64,000 bases of DNA from Dudresnaya verticillata (Eukaryota): positions 2,852,001 to 2,916,000 of the forward strand of contig OZ374558.1 in NCBI GenBank assembly GCA_977862235.1. The letters run 5' to 3'. Made by a program: the position numbers and the translations under genes. A model generated the notes under the pieces. It had not been told where the DNA came from. It did no database searches and worked only from the letters and a program-made list of their open reading frames with translations. This document shows positions 20,352 to 33,559 of this stretch, piece by piece (the stretch's first letter is position 1; every line of letters starts with the position of its first letter).

Positions 20352-21785
20352 TCACTCATCATCAAACTCCGACCATATCTCATCGTTCTGACCTACCCCA
20401 TCCTGTCGATGAACAGATTCACCTTCAGAGTGGCACTCCATCGTCTTGTTGTCTCCTTGGAGAAACGATGAACAACAAGATAAACCAAATGCGTCTTTCA
20501 TTACAAGTTGCACGCCCTCCTCAACATCGTTGTTTGAAACAATTGCGGTGAAAATCCGTATGAGTAAGCCTCCAGTAGCTATCACTGCTAATCCTAAGAG
20601 GCCCAAATTTCTTTCCCTTCGCCGAAGTAGCACAAGCCGATCTGCCTCAAAATAACTGCGGTCTGCTTGGAGTGTCGTGTTCTGAGAAACCTGAACAATT
20701 TCCATCTTATCAGAACTCACGAAGGTCAGATATGCAGCGAGTGTTCCAGCAATCTGCATGCTGTCTTTCTCTGTTTGTTCCCCCACATTACATGGGACTT
20801 GTTTCGCGGCTATAAACGCGAATACTTCGGAGGAAGATACAAGATTTATATCAATAGCCGTGCTGGCGTTTGACTGACAGACATCTGAAACCATTCGGAT
20901 CCCTTTTTTAAGGAGAGCCTCGATTCCTTTTGGATTCACGTTTGCTTTGAGAGCGTAGCTTGTTTCCTTTGCACGAAGCCCTCCCATTACGATATGCACG
21001 GCTTTCGTAGTTCCCGTTTGTACTTGAATGAAGAAGAACTTCTCGTCGAAAAGATATACTGCGACCTCCCCTTTCAGGTCCCACCAAGTCTGGGTAAACG
21101 GGATTGTAGAGCAAAGAGTAAATTCTGCGAGGCTCTCATCAGGGTCAGCCGTATCGATGGCTGCCCTACGGCAGCGGTCGTTCTCTTGGGAAAACTGTAG
21201 AACGGATAGATTAGGGTTCACACCGAGTGCTAGTTTGTCGATACCAGCTGACTCGAATGTCATTTCTTTTGTGCTATCTAAAGTCAGGACAACTGACAGA
21301 ACATTTATGACAGGCGCAGCGAACAGTAAGAGGACACATCTTGTTAGAACTCCGAGCTTGATTCTGTTCGGATCTCTCGATATTTTCATTCCATCGGGAA
21401 TTTCACGACGGAAGTACAGCTTAGTAACCCAGTCTCTTCGCAGAATGCTATTGAGTACTGCCAAAGGTGACGACTGTCTCACAAGCAGAATTGTTTGCAA
21501 AGAATTAACTGTTGAGACCTGCCTCTTCTTGAACCCTAGAACAACATCGAAAATGATCGCAGTGACCTGGTACGAAATCAGAGTTGTAACAGCAGCTATA
21601 GCAAAAGTGTTGAGGGTGGGGTTGCTGAACTCCAGGGCATACCAAAAGGAAGGTTTTGAGGAATACGAGATCCTTGCAGGTGATTCTAACGGTTCCATAT
21701 TCAAACTCGATTTGACTTGATGTACTCCCGGCGTTTTGAAGAGTATAGACTTGACATACGCTTGTCCTTTTACGTCGTGCATCAC
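20352..21785 (-). CDS. Uncharacterised membrane protein (~3 TM), paralog of 18582-19937; start uncertain
   Basis: 477-aa ORF with matching blocks FAIAAVTTLISYQVTAIIFD, LLLFAAPVINVLSVVLTLD, LLRRRE...IRIF...NNDV. Confidence 0.8.
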   Translation of the reverse strand: MMHDVKGQAYVKSILFKTPGVHQVKSSLNMEPLESPARISYSSKPSFWYALEFSNPTLNTFAIAAVTTLISYQVTAIIFDVVLGFKKRQVSTVNSLQTILLVRQSSPLAVLNSILRRDWVTKLYFRREIPDGMKISRDPNRIKLGVLTRCVLLLFAAPVINVLSVVLTLDSTKEMTFESAGIDKLALGVNPNLSVLQFSQENDRCRRAAIDTADPDESLAEFTLCSTIPFTQTWWDLKGEVAVYLFDEKFFFIQVQTGTTKAVHIVMGGLRAKETSYALKANVNPKGIEALLKKGIRMVSDVCQSNASTAIDINLVSSSEVFAFIAAKQVPCNVGEQTEKDSMQIAGTLAAYLTFVSSDKMEIVQVSQNTTLQADRSYFEADRLVLLRRRERNLGLLGLAVIATGGLLIRIFTAIVSNNDVEEGVQLVMKDAFGLSCCSSFLQGDNKTMECHSEGESVHRQDGVGQNDEIWSEFDDE

Positions 21786-24377
21786 TGCTTACAAGCGCCA
21801 GCATGGGACTGTAATTGGGAACTGCTTTGAGCAGCAGCACTATTTCTATTTGTTAACGGACTTCTCATTCGACAAGAAAAGTCTCAAACCCCTTCAGAAA
21901 GAATGAGTGATCTGCAGTACAGGCAAAATAGCAGGGGTTAGGGAGAGTACAGGCTCCGTTATCAATAGTTTCCTACAGAATTAGTGAAGTTCAGTACTGA
22001 GGGCTCCGATTAGCCTAGACAAATGCCTCCTGCGTGAGGTGTCAACTATAAGTTGGTACTTTGTTGCTCCGGGGCTCCACAACACTTGTGCCACATGGGA
22101 ATTGCGAGACTTCGATGACTCTCTTTGTGAATGGAAGGTTGTTCTGCGAACAAATATCAAACGACAAACGAAGGCTTGCGATAGCGGCGGTGGCTTCAAA
22201 CTTTACTCGACAGGTTTTGGTTGGTAGGCTGACATCATCATCATCATACCATCAGGTGCACTATGGGCTACAACGATCAACGTGCTATTGCGCGTCGTTG
22301 TTTGCTGATCAGAGATGTTGGTTGGCGTTGCCGCTGGCAGAATTCGATGTACTGGTGCGCTCCATGACCAGGCTATGCCCACAAGGGTCGATCGGGGTGG
22401 GGTTTTCTCGACGAACCTCGTTGCACTATGGGAGTACGCCGAGGACCATGGGTCAAAATAGACGTTTATGTGTGAGTGTCGCGAACGACAAAAGCAGCAT
22501 CAACGCAAGTGGGTTTGATTGGAAACGTCAGGTCAGATCGCCAGGTACGAACGTGTATAAACCCCTAAAACCCCTAAACCAAACTGTGCATGGCGGGTAA
22601 CTCGCTACCTGCACCTTGTAACAACCGTACCGGGTACTAAGATTAACTTTTACGAGATGGCTTAAAGTGCACCAGCTATGACCAGCATCGACAACGATAC
22701 GCACCGGATAGAACAAAAATCTTCGAGGACTCGCACACGGCGCCCGTCCTGTGGCAGCGTGCCCACGTCGTAGGGATGCGCTTCCGTGGCTCACCGCTCC
22801 GCAGCTGTACGGTTGCTGTGAACGTCAGGGAGATCGAAATGCGAAGCCCGAACAGATAAACGTTCCCTTCCAACAGCTCGGTGTCCTGAAATCCGTACAG
22901 ATGTATTTCTCCCCTCCAGTCGGCCACGAAACATGCTTCATACGATAGTACACATGGTACATGCCAGGATGCGCAACGGCAGTGGTCATGCTGGGCGAAC
23001 GCGGCGAAGCAATTGGTCCCGTAGACGGGATGATGAGTAGCAATGATGTAGGGCCCTGACAGCACACGCGATTCTATTTGGAGAATGATATTCACAGAAG
23101 TGAAGAGTCTGTATACTTGCTGTTATTGTGACAAAGCTATTGCCTTCGGCATATGCCTCGTACATTAATGCGACGTTTGTTTTTAAATACTGCTTGAAGA
23201 ACACGTTCGAAAGGCTTTCTGCTCATCAATTCTAAGTTCATGGATACCTGTTTGCGTTTCTGGATCTCCATATCCCGCACATCTTGCACCATAGGTACCG
23301 CAACGCGCAATAAAACTATAAAAAGGGCCAAGGGTTTCAAGAAGATTTCCTGAGCTTCGGTCCGAATTTCAGGCTCTGAAAGGATCAAGTACCATCCTTC
23401 TCGTCACGGATGGACAACGTTTGGCAGATGCGTCCAGCCGATGTGGCACTAGACATGGCACGGACTCGTAGAATAGCAGCAATGCTTCTCTACAAAAGTC
23501 GCTGTGCAAAAGCAGTCAGATTTGCGCTCTACGCAAAAGCCATGCACTTCACTCATAAGAGACTCCCTTTTATACCTTGTTTAATCCCTACTCGCAACTG
23601 CAGCTAATCCCAGAAGCAGCAAATCAGATATCTCTATTTCCTTGCGCTGCATGCATCTGTAGTCGAATGGACGTACTGTTTTGAAGGTCTGTTAAAATAT
23701 ACAGGTTCCTAAGGTGGGACTGGAATCGCTTCGTTGGTTCAGATAACCAAATTATTGCATTCCACAACCCGACGCCTCCTCAAGCGTGGATGAAGATTCA
23801 AATCAAGCTCGGATTGCAAATTTAGGACACGTCTCGCCTGATGGAAAACGTTAGAACGAGGCAGCAGTGCCACGGTTGTTCTTCCAGCACAGCAGTAACG
23901 TAGTGTGTTCCTTATGAATGATAAAAAAATATCCTGTACCTTTGACAAGTGGATTCTCAGCCATTTGCGGAACTCTCAGCTCCACGAGTTGAAGGCAGCG
24001 GGGACAGAGTTATCGGCGCATTCAAGGTCATAGTTGCCATTGCAAGGAGTTGGCGTCCCCCTCATTTGGTATATGCAAAGTAGGACTGTGAGTCACAGGC
24101 TGCGAAACTATCATTTTTTTACAAGATTCAACTCAAGAAGTTTGGCGCTGATCGCTAAATCGCGAGCAGTGGCAAGTTACAATATGAGATCTCCTCTGCG
24201 TACTTAAGCGGAATATGAGTTCCGTGCAGGGTAATCAAGACTGCAGAGAAGCTAGTAAGCCGACAATGCAACAGCTTCAGATTGACAATCCTTTTTGGTA
24301 TTCACACTACTATTATATTTCAAACCAAGTGAAACTACCGTGCTCCTGAGAGACTGGAGAATTTCAAGAAGACGGAG

Positions 24378-25334
24378 ATGTATTCTATGTGTTATTCCGT
24401 GCTGATTCTCTTAGCAACTGCTATGGCTTTTGATAAAGGACAAATACAGTGCTCATCAACTCCGATTCAGTGCAAGTTCAAGTTTTGCAGACCGTTAGGT
24501 GATGGAAGCAATAGAGTGGAGCTCCTTGATAACAACTTCATTGTGCTCAGAGCCCCAAAGTCAGCCGGGTATCCATTTATTTGTCGCAGAGATTTCCTTG
24601 GAAGTCGATTTGTAATAAGAATTCTGAGCACGGGGGACGCTATTGTGCACAGGAAACCTGGGCCGGGTTCCTGCAGTACGATAGATAAGGATCGTACAAA
24701 GAAGCTGGCCAAGAAGTTCGGTGTCTTCAATATTCCACTAGGCTCTGGTCTACAGAGTGTTGGGAGGTCTTCCCCGGACTTAGATACAGACGACTTGGAT
24801 CGGGCGTTTGTAACGTTGCCAGTGAAGTCATATGCGGTTTCTTTCCCTCTGAGTCCGATCTTCTTCAAATCAATTGTTGTTGAAAACACCGCACCGAATG
24901 ATTGCATACACTTTGGTACGCGGAGCCCGGATATCATTGTCGACGTGTTCTTCAAGGGGAATTTTAATATCTCTTTGTCAGTGAGGGGACCTAATGGAAA
25001 GCTTGGTTTAGCTATCGCAGGAAACAATTTTCGGAGTTGCTTTCCGGGCTTAAGAAGCGCTGTGTTCAATGAAGCCAAGCCGGGGTCGTACAAGATTGAT
25101 ATTAAGACGAGCCCCCCTACAGGACATAAGAATAGTTTATGGAGCTTCGGGCAGAGGCAGGTTGTACACACTCACCCGTGTCCAGGCGGGGGCACCCCCA
25201 TTGGAGTGGTCAAGAACGAGTATCGTATTCAAGCTAACGTTCTCGGAAACAAGATTCTTGATAAGAGAGTTGTGGGGAATAGTGCCGGGAATGTCACGCA
25301 GTTGTCCTTCAATTTTAGTGTGAAGACGGCATGA
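24378..25334 (+). CDS. Probable secreted protein of unknown function
   Basis: 318-aa ATG-initiated ORF; signal-like YSVLILLATAMA; Cys-containing N-half and beta-rich C-half. Confidence 0.7.
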   Translation: MYSMCYSVLILLATAMAFDKGQIQCSSTPIQCKFKFCRPLGDGSNRVELLDNNFIVLRAPKSAGYPFICRRDFLGSRFVIRILSTGDAIVHRKPGPGSCSTIDKDRTKKLAKKFGVFNIPLGSGLQSVGRSSPDLDTDDLDRAFVTLPVKSYAVSFPLSPIFFKSIVVENTAPNDCIHFGTRSPDIIVDVFFKGNFNISLSVRGPNGKLGLAIAGNNFRSCFPGLRSAVFNEAKPGSYKIDIKTSPPTGHKNSLWSFGQRQVVHTHPCPGGGTPIGVVKNEYRIQANVLGNKILDKRVVGNSAGNVTQLSFNFSVKTA

Positions 25335-27474
25335 GGGTGTTTGGACACGTCGTATTTGGAGCTACCGGCGTATTGGTGGGCTATGCTGGTTGGTGTGCGT
25401 GGTATTCTTGAGCACAGGTTCGCAGGGTGTCTTCAATGGGCTTGGAGATGGAGCGCCGTGTAGAGTCCGACGAATGCGGCCTGTCCAGTCTTTGGAGTCT
25501 GGCGATGATTGGAGGCAGGGGGGCGATTTATCCGTCTTTGTATTCTGGGGCATGGGGCTCTTTATTGCGAGAGAGAGACTACTGCGGACTGTTCGATTGA
25601 TATCATGACGTGAGGGCGGTGGGACAATATAGGGCTCAGCGTGGATTGCATATCCCAACGACACGGCAAACGAGGAGGCATTCTGCTTACACTTCCGAGG
25701 TAGCATAAGTCTTGAGTCGAGATTTCTCTCGCGCAGTTTCTAACAGTGCCTGGCCGGGCATCCAAGCCCTCGGGCCTTTTTCTGATCTTAGTCTCGAGGT
25801 AAAAACAGTAGCTGGCTTTGTTCGATAGATTTAACGGCCCCCTGAGGGTATCTTGAATCAGAAGTGAGAGATGCTATGTTGTAGATTAGAAAGCAGTTTT
25901 TCCGTTAGGGCGGTCTGAAACCAACTTGAGAGTTGTGTTTATAAAAGTGAATCACGCTCTTCTTCGAGCAAGTCTACAGAATACTGAGTAAAGGCCCATC
26001 TCCCTCAGAGTTAAACGATAATAGGCTATGGCTCTCTCCCTGTTCTATTAGTTTGATGCAATGAAAGTGCAAATAATCTGATTCCAGGGCTGCACTGGAA
26101 ATGTTAGCACGCGCTCAGGAATATAATACGGATCATAAGCTTGAGCGACAAGGAAACCTCATTAAAAGACCGCAAAGCATGCAAGAGTGTGCAGATACCA
26201 TACACGTAGAGCTCGGCAAACATACTGCTTCTTCTGAAATCATGCACGTCTGAAAGACCATGTCATTTCCTTATGTCCCGTCTAAAGACCTGACGTATGA
26301 TAATTGGAACTGAACCGGTGGTTTGGAAGGTAACGCCCCGCCATGCCGCAGATGCATGGACACGTGGTCTGAACCAACCACCAAGACGCAGCTACTCTGC
26401 CGGACGATGGGCATCCCAGAAGCCAACATAGGGAAATGCTCCGCGGGCTCAAGAAAAAATAAGCGCCGCGCTCCCTGTACCATAGACATATACAGTAGAT
26501 ACACACACATAGTCGGTAGTGAGCCCTGTGAGCGAGGTTGGAAGACGAAGAGCGGTGCAGCTGTGGAACGGGCTATCCGGTGGACGCAAGACGTCATGTT
26601 GAAGCCGGAAGGTATGTAACATGTTAGTGCCGCAGCTAGCATGCACAAAAGCGCTGTGCAGCGATGGCGCCAATGCTTGCGCACCGCACTGGACACTCCC
26701 ACCGGGACCCCCGGTGGGAGCCTTCCGCCTGCTCACCCTGCGGCATTTACACGTGTGATTACACCGGCACGCTCGTCCTCGCGGAGGCGTGCCGGAGGGT
26801 GGCGTGCTGCACCGCCGCAAGCGGTCCCTTTCTGGAGAAACAAGCCGTTGCCGTCACACGCGCTCGCGAGACTGTCCCACCGGACTGTCAATGGTTCGTC
26901 GGAACGCGATGACCGCGAAAGGCGTGGACAAATAGCGCCAATAGACTCGCGAAAAACTGCAAGACTGTACATATTCCACTCGCCCGCGTGGCGTTTCCAA
27001 CATCGCTGCGCTGGCAGCAATACAAACATTCCCCACGCCACGCCACGCGGACAACTCTTCGCTCTGATTTACACCATGACCTCGGCCTTCCGCCGCCAGC
27101 ACATCCTGTTGGCATTGCCGCCGTCGAGCACTGCACGTGCAAACCGCGTGCAACGGCTGGAAGAGCCGATTCCTCGCCAAGCCGCCGTTGCAGTACTGGT
27201 GGGAGTAGTCTGCTTGCCGTAACGTGAATCTGTCGAGGCTGCCGCGCTCGCCGCCGCCACGATCCACCTTCTCGCTATACTCGCAAGGTTCCGAGGAAGC
27301 TTGGTCGGCTGGACCGGAGCACGGAAGCGGCTCGAGCACAGCAAGCGCACAGAACGCAATGCGGGTGTGTTATCAATGCGCTATGCTAACAACAAGAGTA
27401 CAATAACACAAGTCTAGCTATGCACAAATATCTAGTCTACCGGGCGGCACCCTATCCTGAGCCGGGAGCTACTT

Positions 27475-28839
27475 TCATAAGATCTCGAGCACGGGGTCGT
27501 CCTCGAACAGCAGGCCCTCGCCGACAACCAGGAGGCCTTCGCAGGTTGCGAGCTGGGCGGTGAGCGGGACCTCAACCTCGAAGGCGTCCTCTTCGTCGAC
27601 GTGCTCGAATTCTGCGTCGAGGTCGGCGATGTGGTCACAGTGTTCCGTGCACCAGCTCGGGCAGCTGTCCATGTGATCGCCGTAGAGAACTGGGACGCGA
27701 TTGAAGGACGACCACCTGCGAATTGGGATGTCGATGTCACACTGCTTGTCCTCGGCGTCGTCCTGGTCCTCTAGCGGCTGGGGTTGAGGTTGTTGCTGCG
27801 CGGGATCACCGTGCTCATCTTGGTGCTGTCGCCGTTGCTCTGCTTGCAGTTCGGTAGGCTTGACTACGACAAGTGCGACAGCCCCAGGTGCAGCAGTAGC
27901 AGGGCCATGACCAAGAGGGAGTTCCTCAACGAAGACGACGGACAGGCGGTTCTCCACGCATTGGTCATCGGGGGTGTGCGTCTCATCCGAAACACGTGGG
28001 GTATCAGCAAGATGCAGGTGAGCGGGTTGGGTGGCATCGGGGGTCAGACTGTACTCGCCTTGACTCCAGCAGGGCCCCATGCCGGCGTTTGCGGAGCGTG
28101 GCGGGGTGGTCGGGGTGCGGCTGGGGCCTTCTGCGGGTTCGGTGGCGGGGCTGGAGACGGAGCAGGCTGGAGTGGTGGTCGGGGACCAGAGGACGGACGG
28201 GTCGGGGACAGGGGCTTCATCGTCGACGCGCTCCCAGTCGTCGTCCATGAGGGCGTCAAGCTCGGGCGGGACATGCGGCGGCGCGCGGACAAGCGAGAGG
28301 CCGGACGCGGCGGTAGAAAACGAGCCGGTGGCGGGGTCGGAGCGAGTGGAGAAGGACGCGACCAGACAGAGCGGCGAGCGCGCGCGCATGAGGTGCGGCG
28401 GCGTGTGCGCGGGCGGGAGGTGCTCTGCTGCGGGCGACGGTGGCGACACTTGCAAGCCCAGCGGCGCGGAAAACCAGGGCAGGCGCGCGACGGAGTCCGG
28501 CGACGCGAGAATGTGGCGCAGCGGGCGCGGCGTGGCTGGCGCGGCCAGCGCGCGGCGCACGGCGCGGCGCGCGGCGCGGCACAGCGGGCATGGGGCGCGC
28601 GGCTCGGGCGCGCGGCGGCGGCGGCGGCGGCACGGCAGGCGCGCGCCGGCGCGCGCGGTCGCGGAGGGCGCGGCGCGCGGCGTTGCCGCGGCGGGCTTGC
28701 GCGGCGCGTGGCGCGGGCGGCGCGGCGGCGGCGGCGGCGGCGGTGGCGGGGCGGGCGGGCCCGGGCGGGCGAGAGAGGCGGAGGAGACGGTTGAGGAGGA
28801 GAGGCGCTCGGGGCGCGGGGAGATCGGGGTGGTGGGCAT
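27475..28839 (-). CDS. Low-complexity Pro/Ala/Arg-rich protein with an acidic C-terminus
   Basis: Longest ORF in a very GC-rich island; probable ATG at 28839 (MPTTPISPRP...); non-repetitive acidic tail DIPIRRWSSFNRVPVLYG...EGLLFEDDPVLEIL. Confidence 0.6.
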   Translation of the reverse strand: MPTTPISPRPERLSSSTVSSASLARPGPPAPPPPPPPPPRRPRHAPRKPAAATPRAAPSATARAGARLPCRRRRRRAPEPRAPCPLCRAARRAVRRALAAPATPRPLRHILASPDSVARLPWFSAPLGLQVSPPSPAAEHLPPAHTPPHLMRARSPLCLVASFSTRSDPATGSFSTAASGLSLVRAPPHVPPELDALMDDDWERVDDEAPVPDPSVLWSPTTTPACSVSSPATEPAEGPSRTPTTPPRSANAGMGPCWSQGEYSLTPDATQPAHLHLADTPRVSDETHTPDDQCVENRLSVVFVEELPLGHGPATAAPGAVALVVVKPTELQAEQRRQHQDEHGDPAQQQPQPQPLEDQDDAEDKQCDIDIPIRRWSSFNRVPVLYGDHMDSCPSWCTEHCDHIADLDAEFEHVDEEDAFEVEVPLTAQLATCEGLLVVGEGLLFEDDPVLEIL

Positions 28840-30886
28840 TGCGGCGGGGTGGGGGTGGGGGTGGGGGCGGGGGTGGGGGTGACGGAGGGGTCGGGGGGTT
28901 TGGTGGGAGACGGCTTTATTGAGGAGGAGGCGGAGGCGGAGAAGGAGGAGAAGGAGGAGGAGGAGCAGCGGCGAGTACGACGCGGCGAGGACGGATGGAC
29001 GGGACGGAGGCGGCACTGGCGCATGGCACACGGCGCGCGGCCCCGTGCGCCGCGCTTACACGCGCGCACCGCGTCGGTTATGGCCATCGCACTGCGCGCG
29101 CTGCACGCACCGCGCGATAGCGTGACGGCCGTGCGTGCTCGCGCTCCCAGTATGGCAGCTGCGGACATGCAGCGCGCGCGCGGCGCCGGGGTCCGCGCTG
29201 CCTGGAAAGCACGCCCAATGGGCAATCGCAGCGCGGCTGAGGTGCGCGAGGAAGGCGCAGCGTGCCAGTGCCAGCAAATCCCCCGCAGGATTGCCTTCCG
29301 GCGAGCAGCGGCTTTCGCACCTCGGCGCCCTTCGCGGCCGCTGTTGCCACGCGCGTTTGGCGGGCGCCTGCATGCTGTGCCGTGTACCGGACCCGTGCGC
29401 TATCCTCGCCCGCACGCATGCGCCTTGTCATGGTCCGCGTACTGAACCACAAGGGCCAACTGCAACGCTTTGCGCACAGGCGCCGAGCCCGCACCTTCCC
29501 CGCCCAATAGTATAGCTTCGCGGTCGCGGCAAGAAACGCCATTTTGCAGAGATCATGCTTCTTGGTCTTTTGCTCCTTGATCATCGTCAGCCACCACGAC
29601 GCCCCGCCCCCGCCTCGAATGTCGCCAAGATACAAAAACACATCGCGGCCCGCGTACCGCTACCCGACGTAGTTTCTACAGCGTTATGCTAGTACTACCC
29701 ATGTATCCACATGCACGTCGTCGTTCAGCCAGTTTGATAGTAAACGTTTCCGGTAACGTATTAGATCTTAGTGCGTCGGCTTCAGCCGCATAGGCTTTTG
29801 AGCCTGTTGCAACAGAGCCAACAGATTACATTCTACGATAAATGAGCTAGATAGCTATTCTTGCCTCCGGGTAGCCTACATAACCATCCCCGCGTCTGGG
29901 TGGGTAGGGGATGTGAGGATAGCCGGTTCGGCGGATCGTGCCGGTGGTGTGGCTAACGGTCGTCATCGCCTAAGGGGAGAGGGGTTTGCTTCGAAAATGC
30001 AGCAGAGCGTCGTATGAAGGTGTGTTCAGATAGCTCCTGATGTTGGCCGTGTGGGGCATGGTGAAGTGCATCAAGTGCCAGCGGATGGCCACGAACCGGT
30101 CTCTGGTAGTAGCCAGAAGCAATAAACGTGCAAACTGAACCCAAACTGCTCGGCTTTGAGCACTGGCGCACGCCTTTGACCATGCAATGGTGTCCAGCTA
30201 GGGTAGAATAGACTTAACACCGCCATGCATGCGGTGCAGTGCTACGTCACAGGGGATGCACATGCATCCTCGTAACTCATTCTCTCTTTCGCGCCCTCTT
30301 TCCATGTCGCCCCACCCCCATCATCGCCTTCCCATTGCCGCATCTGCCCGCACACTGCGCACCCGCCCTATTCCATCCCTAATATCTCTACACATACACA
30401 ACTTGCCGGACATCCCCTCGTCTCTCAACAACAAATATTCGCCACCATACCTGACATAGCCCCCACCATCTCCACATCACCACCGCCACCACCAACACCG
30501 ACAGTAGGCGTTACGCCGTCCCCAAACACTCTGGCCGCCCGCATGCGAACCCGCGCCCCTTCCTGCCTCCCGCCTGCCCGCCCGTCCTCACACTTGCGAA
30601 AACCCCCACCCCCTCACACACACACAAGAAATTTATCACTCCCGTTTTACCCGGCATGCCCCACTCCCGCAAAACTTCTGCACCTCGCTTCTCAATTTGC
30701 TAAACCTCTGCTGCAGCACACAAGCTCACACACAGACACACCGAATATGGTCCAAACCGTCAGATTAGTCGCCCCGCCGTAACAGCCCTAGCCTATTTAA
30801 GCGGAGAGCATCTATCCATATCCCCCTGCCTCCGCATCGTTTTACGTTCCTCTTTATCCACCTCCGCGCCAACAACCAACCCCTCA

Positions 30887-32185
30887 ATGTCATCTTCCGT
30901 ACCAACTCCCACCATGCACTCCTCCTCATCCCCCTCCTCAATTTACCGCCCGCACTCGCAAGGTCCGTGTTCCTCCTTCTCTTCCTCAGAATTCTCGGAC
31001 CTGTCGTCCTACGGCGTGACCTGCCGTCCAACAAAGGGCGTAATATCAGCCTACCTCGACTACATCCGCGTCGGCAGCATCCCGGCCTCCGACTTTATGC
31101 ACAAGCGCAAGCTCGGCTCGGGCGCCATGGGTACCGTAAGCCTCGTCGAGGTCCGCCCAAATTCATTTGCTGAGCAAGTCCTCGGCCCGGGCCTCTTTGC
31201 CCTCAAGGCTACACCGACCCGAAACATTACCGGGCGTCACCTGAAGCGCCTCCGAACGGAGTTCACCGTTCACCACGCCCTCTCCCTAGCCCACGCCCAC
31301 CACCCATACCACCGCGCCGTCGTCTGTGCCCTCGAGGTCTTCCAGGACCCCTTCCATTTCTACGCTGTCCAAGAGTACCTGCGTGGGCCCAGTCTGGGTA
31401 CCTGGCTGCAGAAACTTGGCCACGCCATTCCAGAAAAGGTCGCCATTACGCTCATCTGCGACGTCCTCGAGGGCCTCGTACACATCCATGATGCAGGGTG
31501 CACCCATCGTGACATCAAGCCGGACAACCTCGTCTTCGAGGAGCTTCCCGAGTTCGAACATCCTCTGCCACGACTCGTCATTGTCGACCTCGGCCTGGCC
31601 ACTGACCAGGGCCACAGCACTGAGGAGTGTGGTACACCGGGGTTTGTCTCCCCAGAGATTCTGCGCGCGGCCCAGCAGACAAATGCAGAATACCGCTCAC
31701 AGCCGACCGACTTGTGGAGTGTCGGGATCCTTCTGTGCGTGATGCTGGCCTTTCGCTATATCATCAGCCCGTCGCTGGACCTTCTGGACTTTCTGAGCGC
31801 TGCGGAGAAAATTTCAGAACCACTCGAATCCCGCTTAATGGATGGCGTCTCGAACGAGACCAAAAACCTCATTCGAGCGTGCCTAGAGCTCGACCCGGAG
31901 AAACGTCCTACGGCGCAGGAGGCACTTGATGAAGCGAGATGGATCCTCGGTTTGCATGAAGATGACAGAGCCACATATTCCCAACGCGCTCGCAAGGGGA
32001 GACGGCCGAGACACACAGCAGTACTGCAACGACTCCCACCTGTACTGCTTCTGCCGCAACGAATTCTAATGCGACGAGTTTTGCCAAAAAGTCTGCAATC
32101 GCTACACCTCCTGCCGCGACGTGCTTTTCGCGCTGTAACAAGTCTGTGTGGAGATCTGAAGAAGGGCGGAAAGAAAGGTAAATGA
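30887..32185 (+). CDS. Ser/Thr protein kinase (CAMK-like), copy 1
   Basis: LGSGAMGTV, FALK, HRDIKPDN, DLG, CGTPGFVSPE, DLWSVG, DPEKRPTA; TATA-like TATTTAA at ~30794. Confidence 0.9.
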   Translation: MSSSVPTPTMHSSSSPSSIYRPHSQGPCSSFSSSEFSDLSSYGVTCRPTKGVISAYLDYIRVGSIPASDFMHKRKLGSGAMGTVSLVEVRPNSFAEQVLGPGLFALKATPTRNITGRHLKRLRTEFTVHHALSLAHAHHPYHRAVVCALEVFQDPFHFYAVQEYLRGPSLGTWLQKLGHAIPEKVAITLICDVLEGLVHIHDAGCTHRDIKPDNLVFEELPEFEHPLPRLVIVDLGLATDQGHSTEECGTPGFVSPEILRAAQQTNAEYRSQPTDLWSVGILLCVMLAFRYIISPSLDLLDFLSAAEKISEPLESRLMDGVSNETKNLIRACLELDPEKRPTAQEALDEARWILGLHEDDRATYSQRARKGRRPRHTAVLQRLPPVLLLPQRILMRRVLPKSLQSLHLLPRRAFRAVTSLCGDLKKGGKKGK

Positions 32186-33559
32186 AAGTCTAACGAGCGT
32201 TCGGGCTTCTCTTTAGTTCACGTTACAACTGGAATAAATGCATTATCACTTTTCTTGCACCACGTCTGGCGCAAAAACAAACTAACCTGACAAACAACCT
32301 TGACATTTTCGCCAGCGTAGCCAGCAAACGGTATCAATGTTGGATTTTCTTTAGATGTTGTTGGACTCAGCACTCTCGTTTTGTTTCATCCTGCGCGGCA
32401 TCGGATACGGTGTAGCAGTGCATTTACGACCATGAGACCGCAGGCTGTGGCGTTGAGGTCCATAGGCCAAAGGGATAAACAAAATAAACAAGGAGAAACA
32501 TAGCATTCTCTACGTACTCCTACATGTCCTTGGATATGCTGCGATTCCACTCCATGATGATACTCTGATGCAATGACACCTGCCTGATTACTTTCTTGTC
32601 GCGAAGCAATGGTCATCTTATCATGAGCTGTGCTGTATGTCGAGGGACGAAGAAGATATTTTATTATTGTCGAGCGGACCGAAATGGTGAAACGTGGACC
32701 ACCGGTCCTGCAGTGGACTTTGATGTCCAAACGCTCGCCGGGAGTCTGCTCAAGCGGCTCGCCATTTTTCAACATCTGATCGGCCTCGCTGATAGCATAC
32801 CCTCAACAGTGAGCACACCCCATACCTGTCTCCCTCTCGTTCCCTAGGTATTTAATAAATACTACGAGAGTCGCGTTGTGCAGTCGAGTCTGCCCGGAAT
32901 CCACAGTTGCCCCGATCGCCCCAACCCTGACGCTCACTACCAGCTCTCCTCGCGTAAGGTATTTCCAGGACATCCGTAAGAAAAAGCTCCTACATGCTGT
33001 CCACAGCTTTATCGGAGTTTTTGTTGTTGGAAGCGACTCCAAAGAAGTCCCGGTTGCGCATGTCCCATCTCCAGGTACACATAGACCACTGCGTCCTCTG
33101 GAAGACGGCTGGTTACATTCCAAACATCCATTCGTAACAAGTTCTGTACAAAAATCATCGTGCCTTGCGTAGTGTTCTGGAATCCAGGAGAGAGAGAGAA
33201 GACCCATCAGGGAGCATTTTGGTTTGATTGATAGATTTCTAAATACTGTTGGACGCAAAGACCCAATATTAAAGGTGAGAATAGCGAAATAACAATGCAT
33301 TTGTCAGAACACAAAGACGAAGATGACCATCGATAAGAACCATTACATGAAAATCCGGAAGAAAATGAGCACATGCCTCTCAAGCATTCTGTTCAATTCT
33401 CTGAGTTTCCCAAGGCATTCCTATTGAACGCAGTAATGTCTTGTACTATTTTACTTGACATTATGCTTTAGACAATCTCTATTGTCCAGTAACCGACTAG
33501 TTCAAGGATCGTGCCTTCGCACTGCTATTCGTCTGTTTGATCTGCCCCACAACTGTCTG

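Noticed and set aside
27780..29450. Many long overlapping ORFs on both strands
   Set aside because: Expected from extreme GC content and few stop codons; only the 27475-28839 frame has a credible tail
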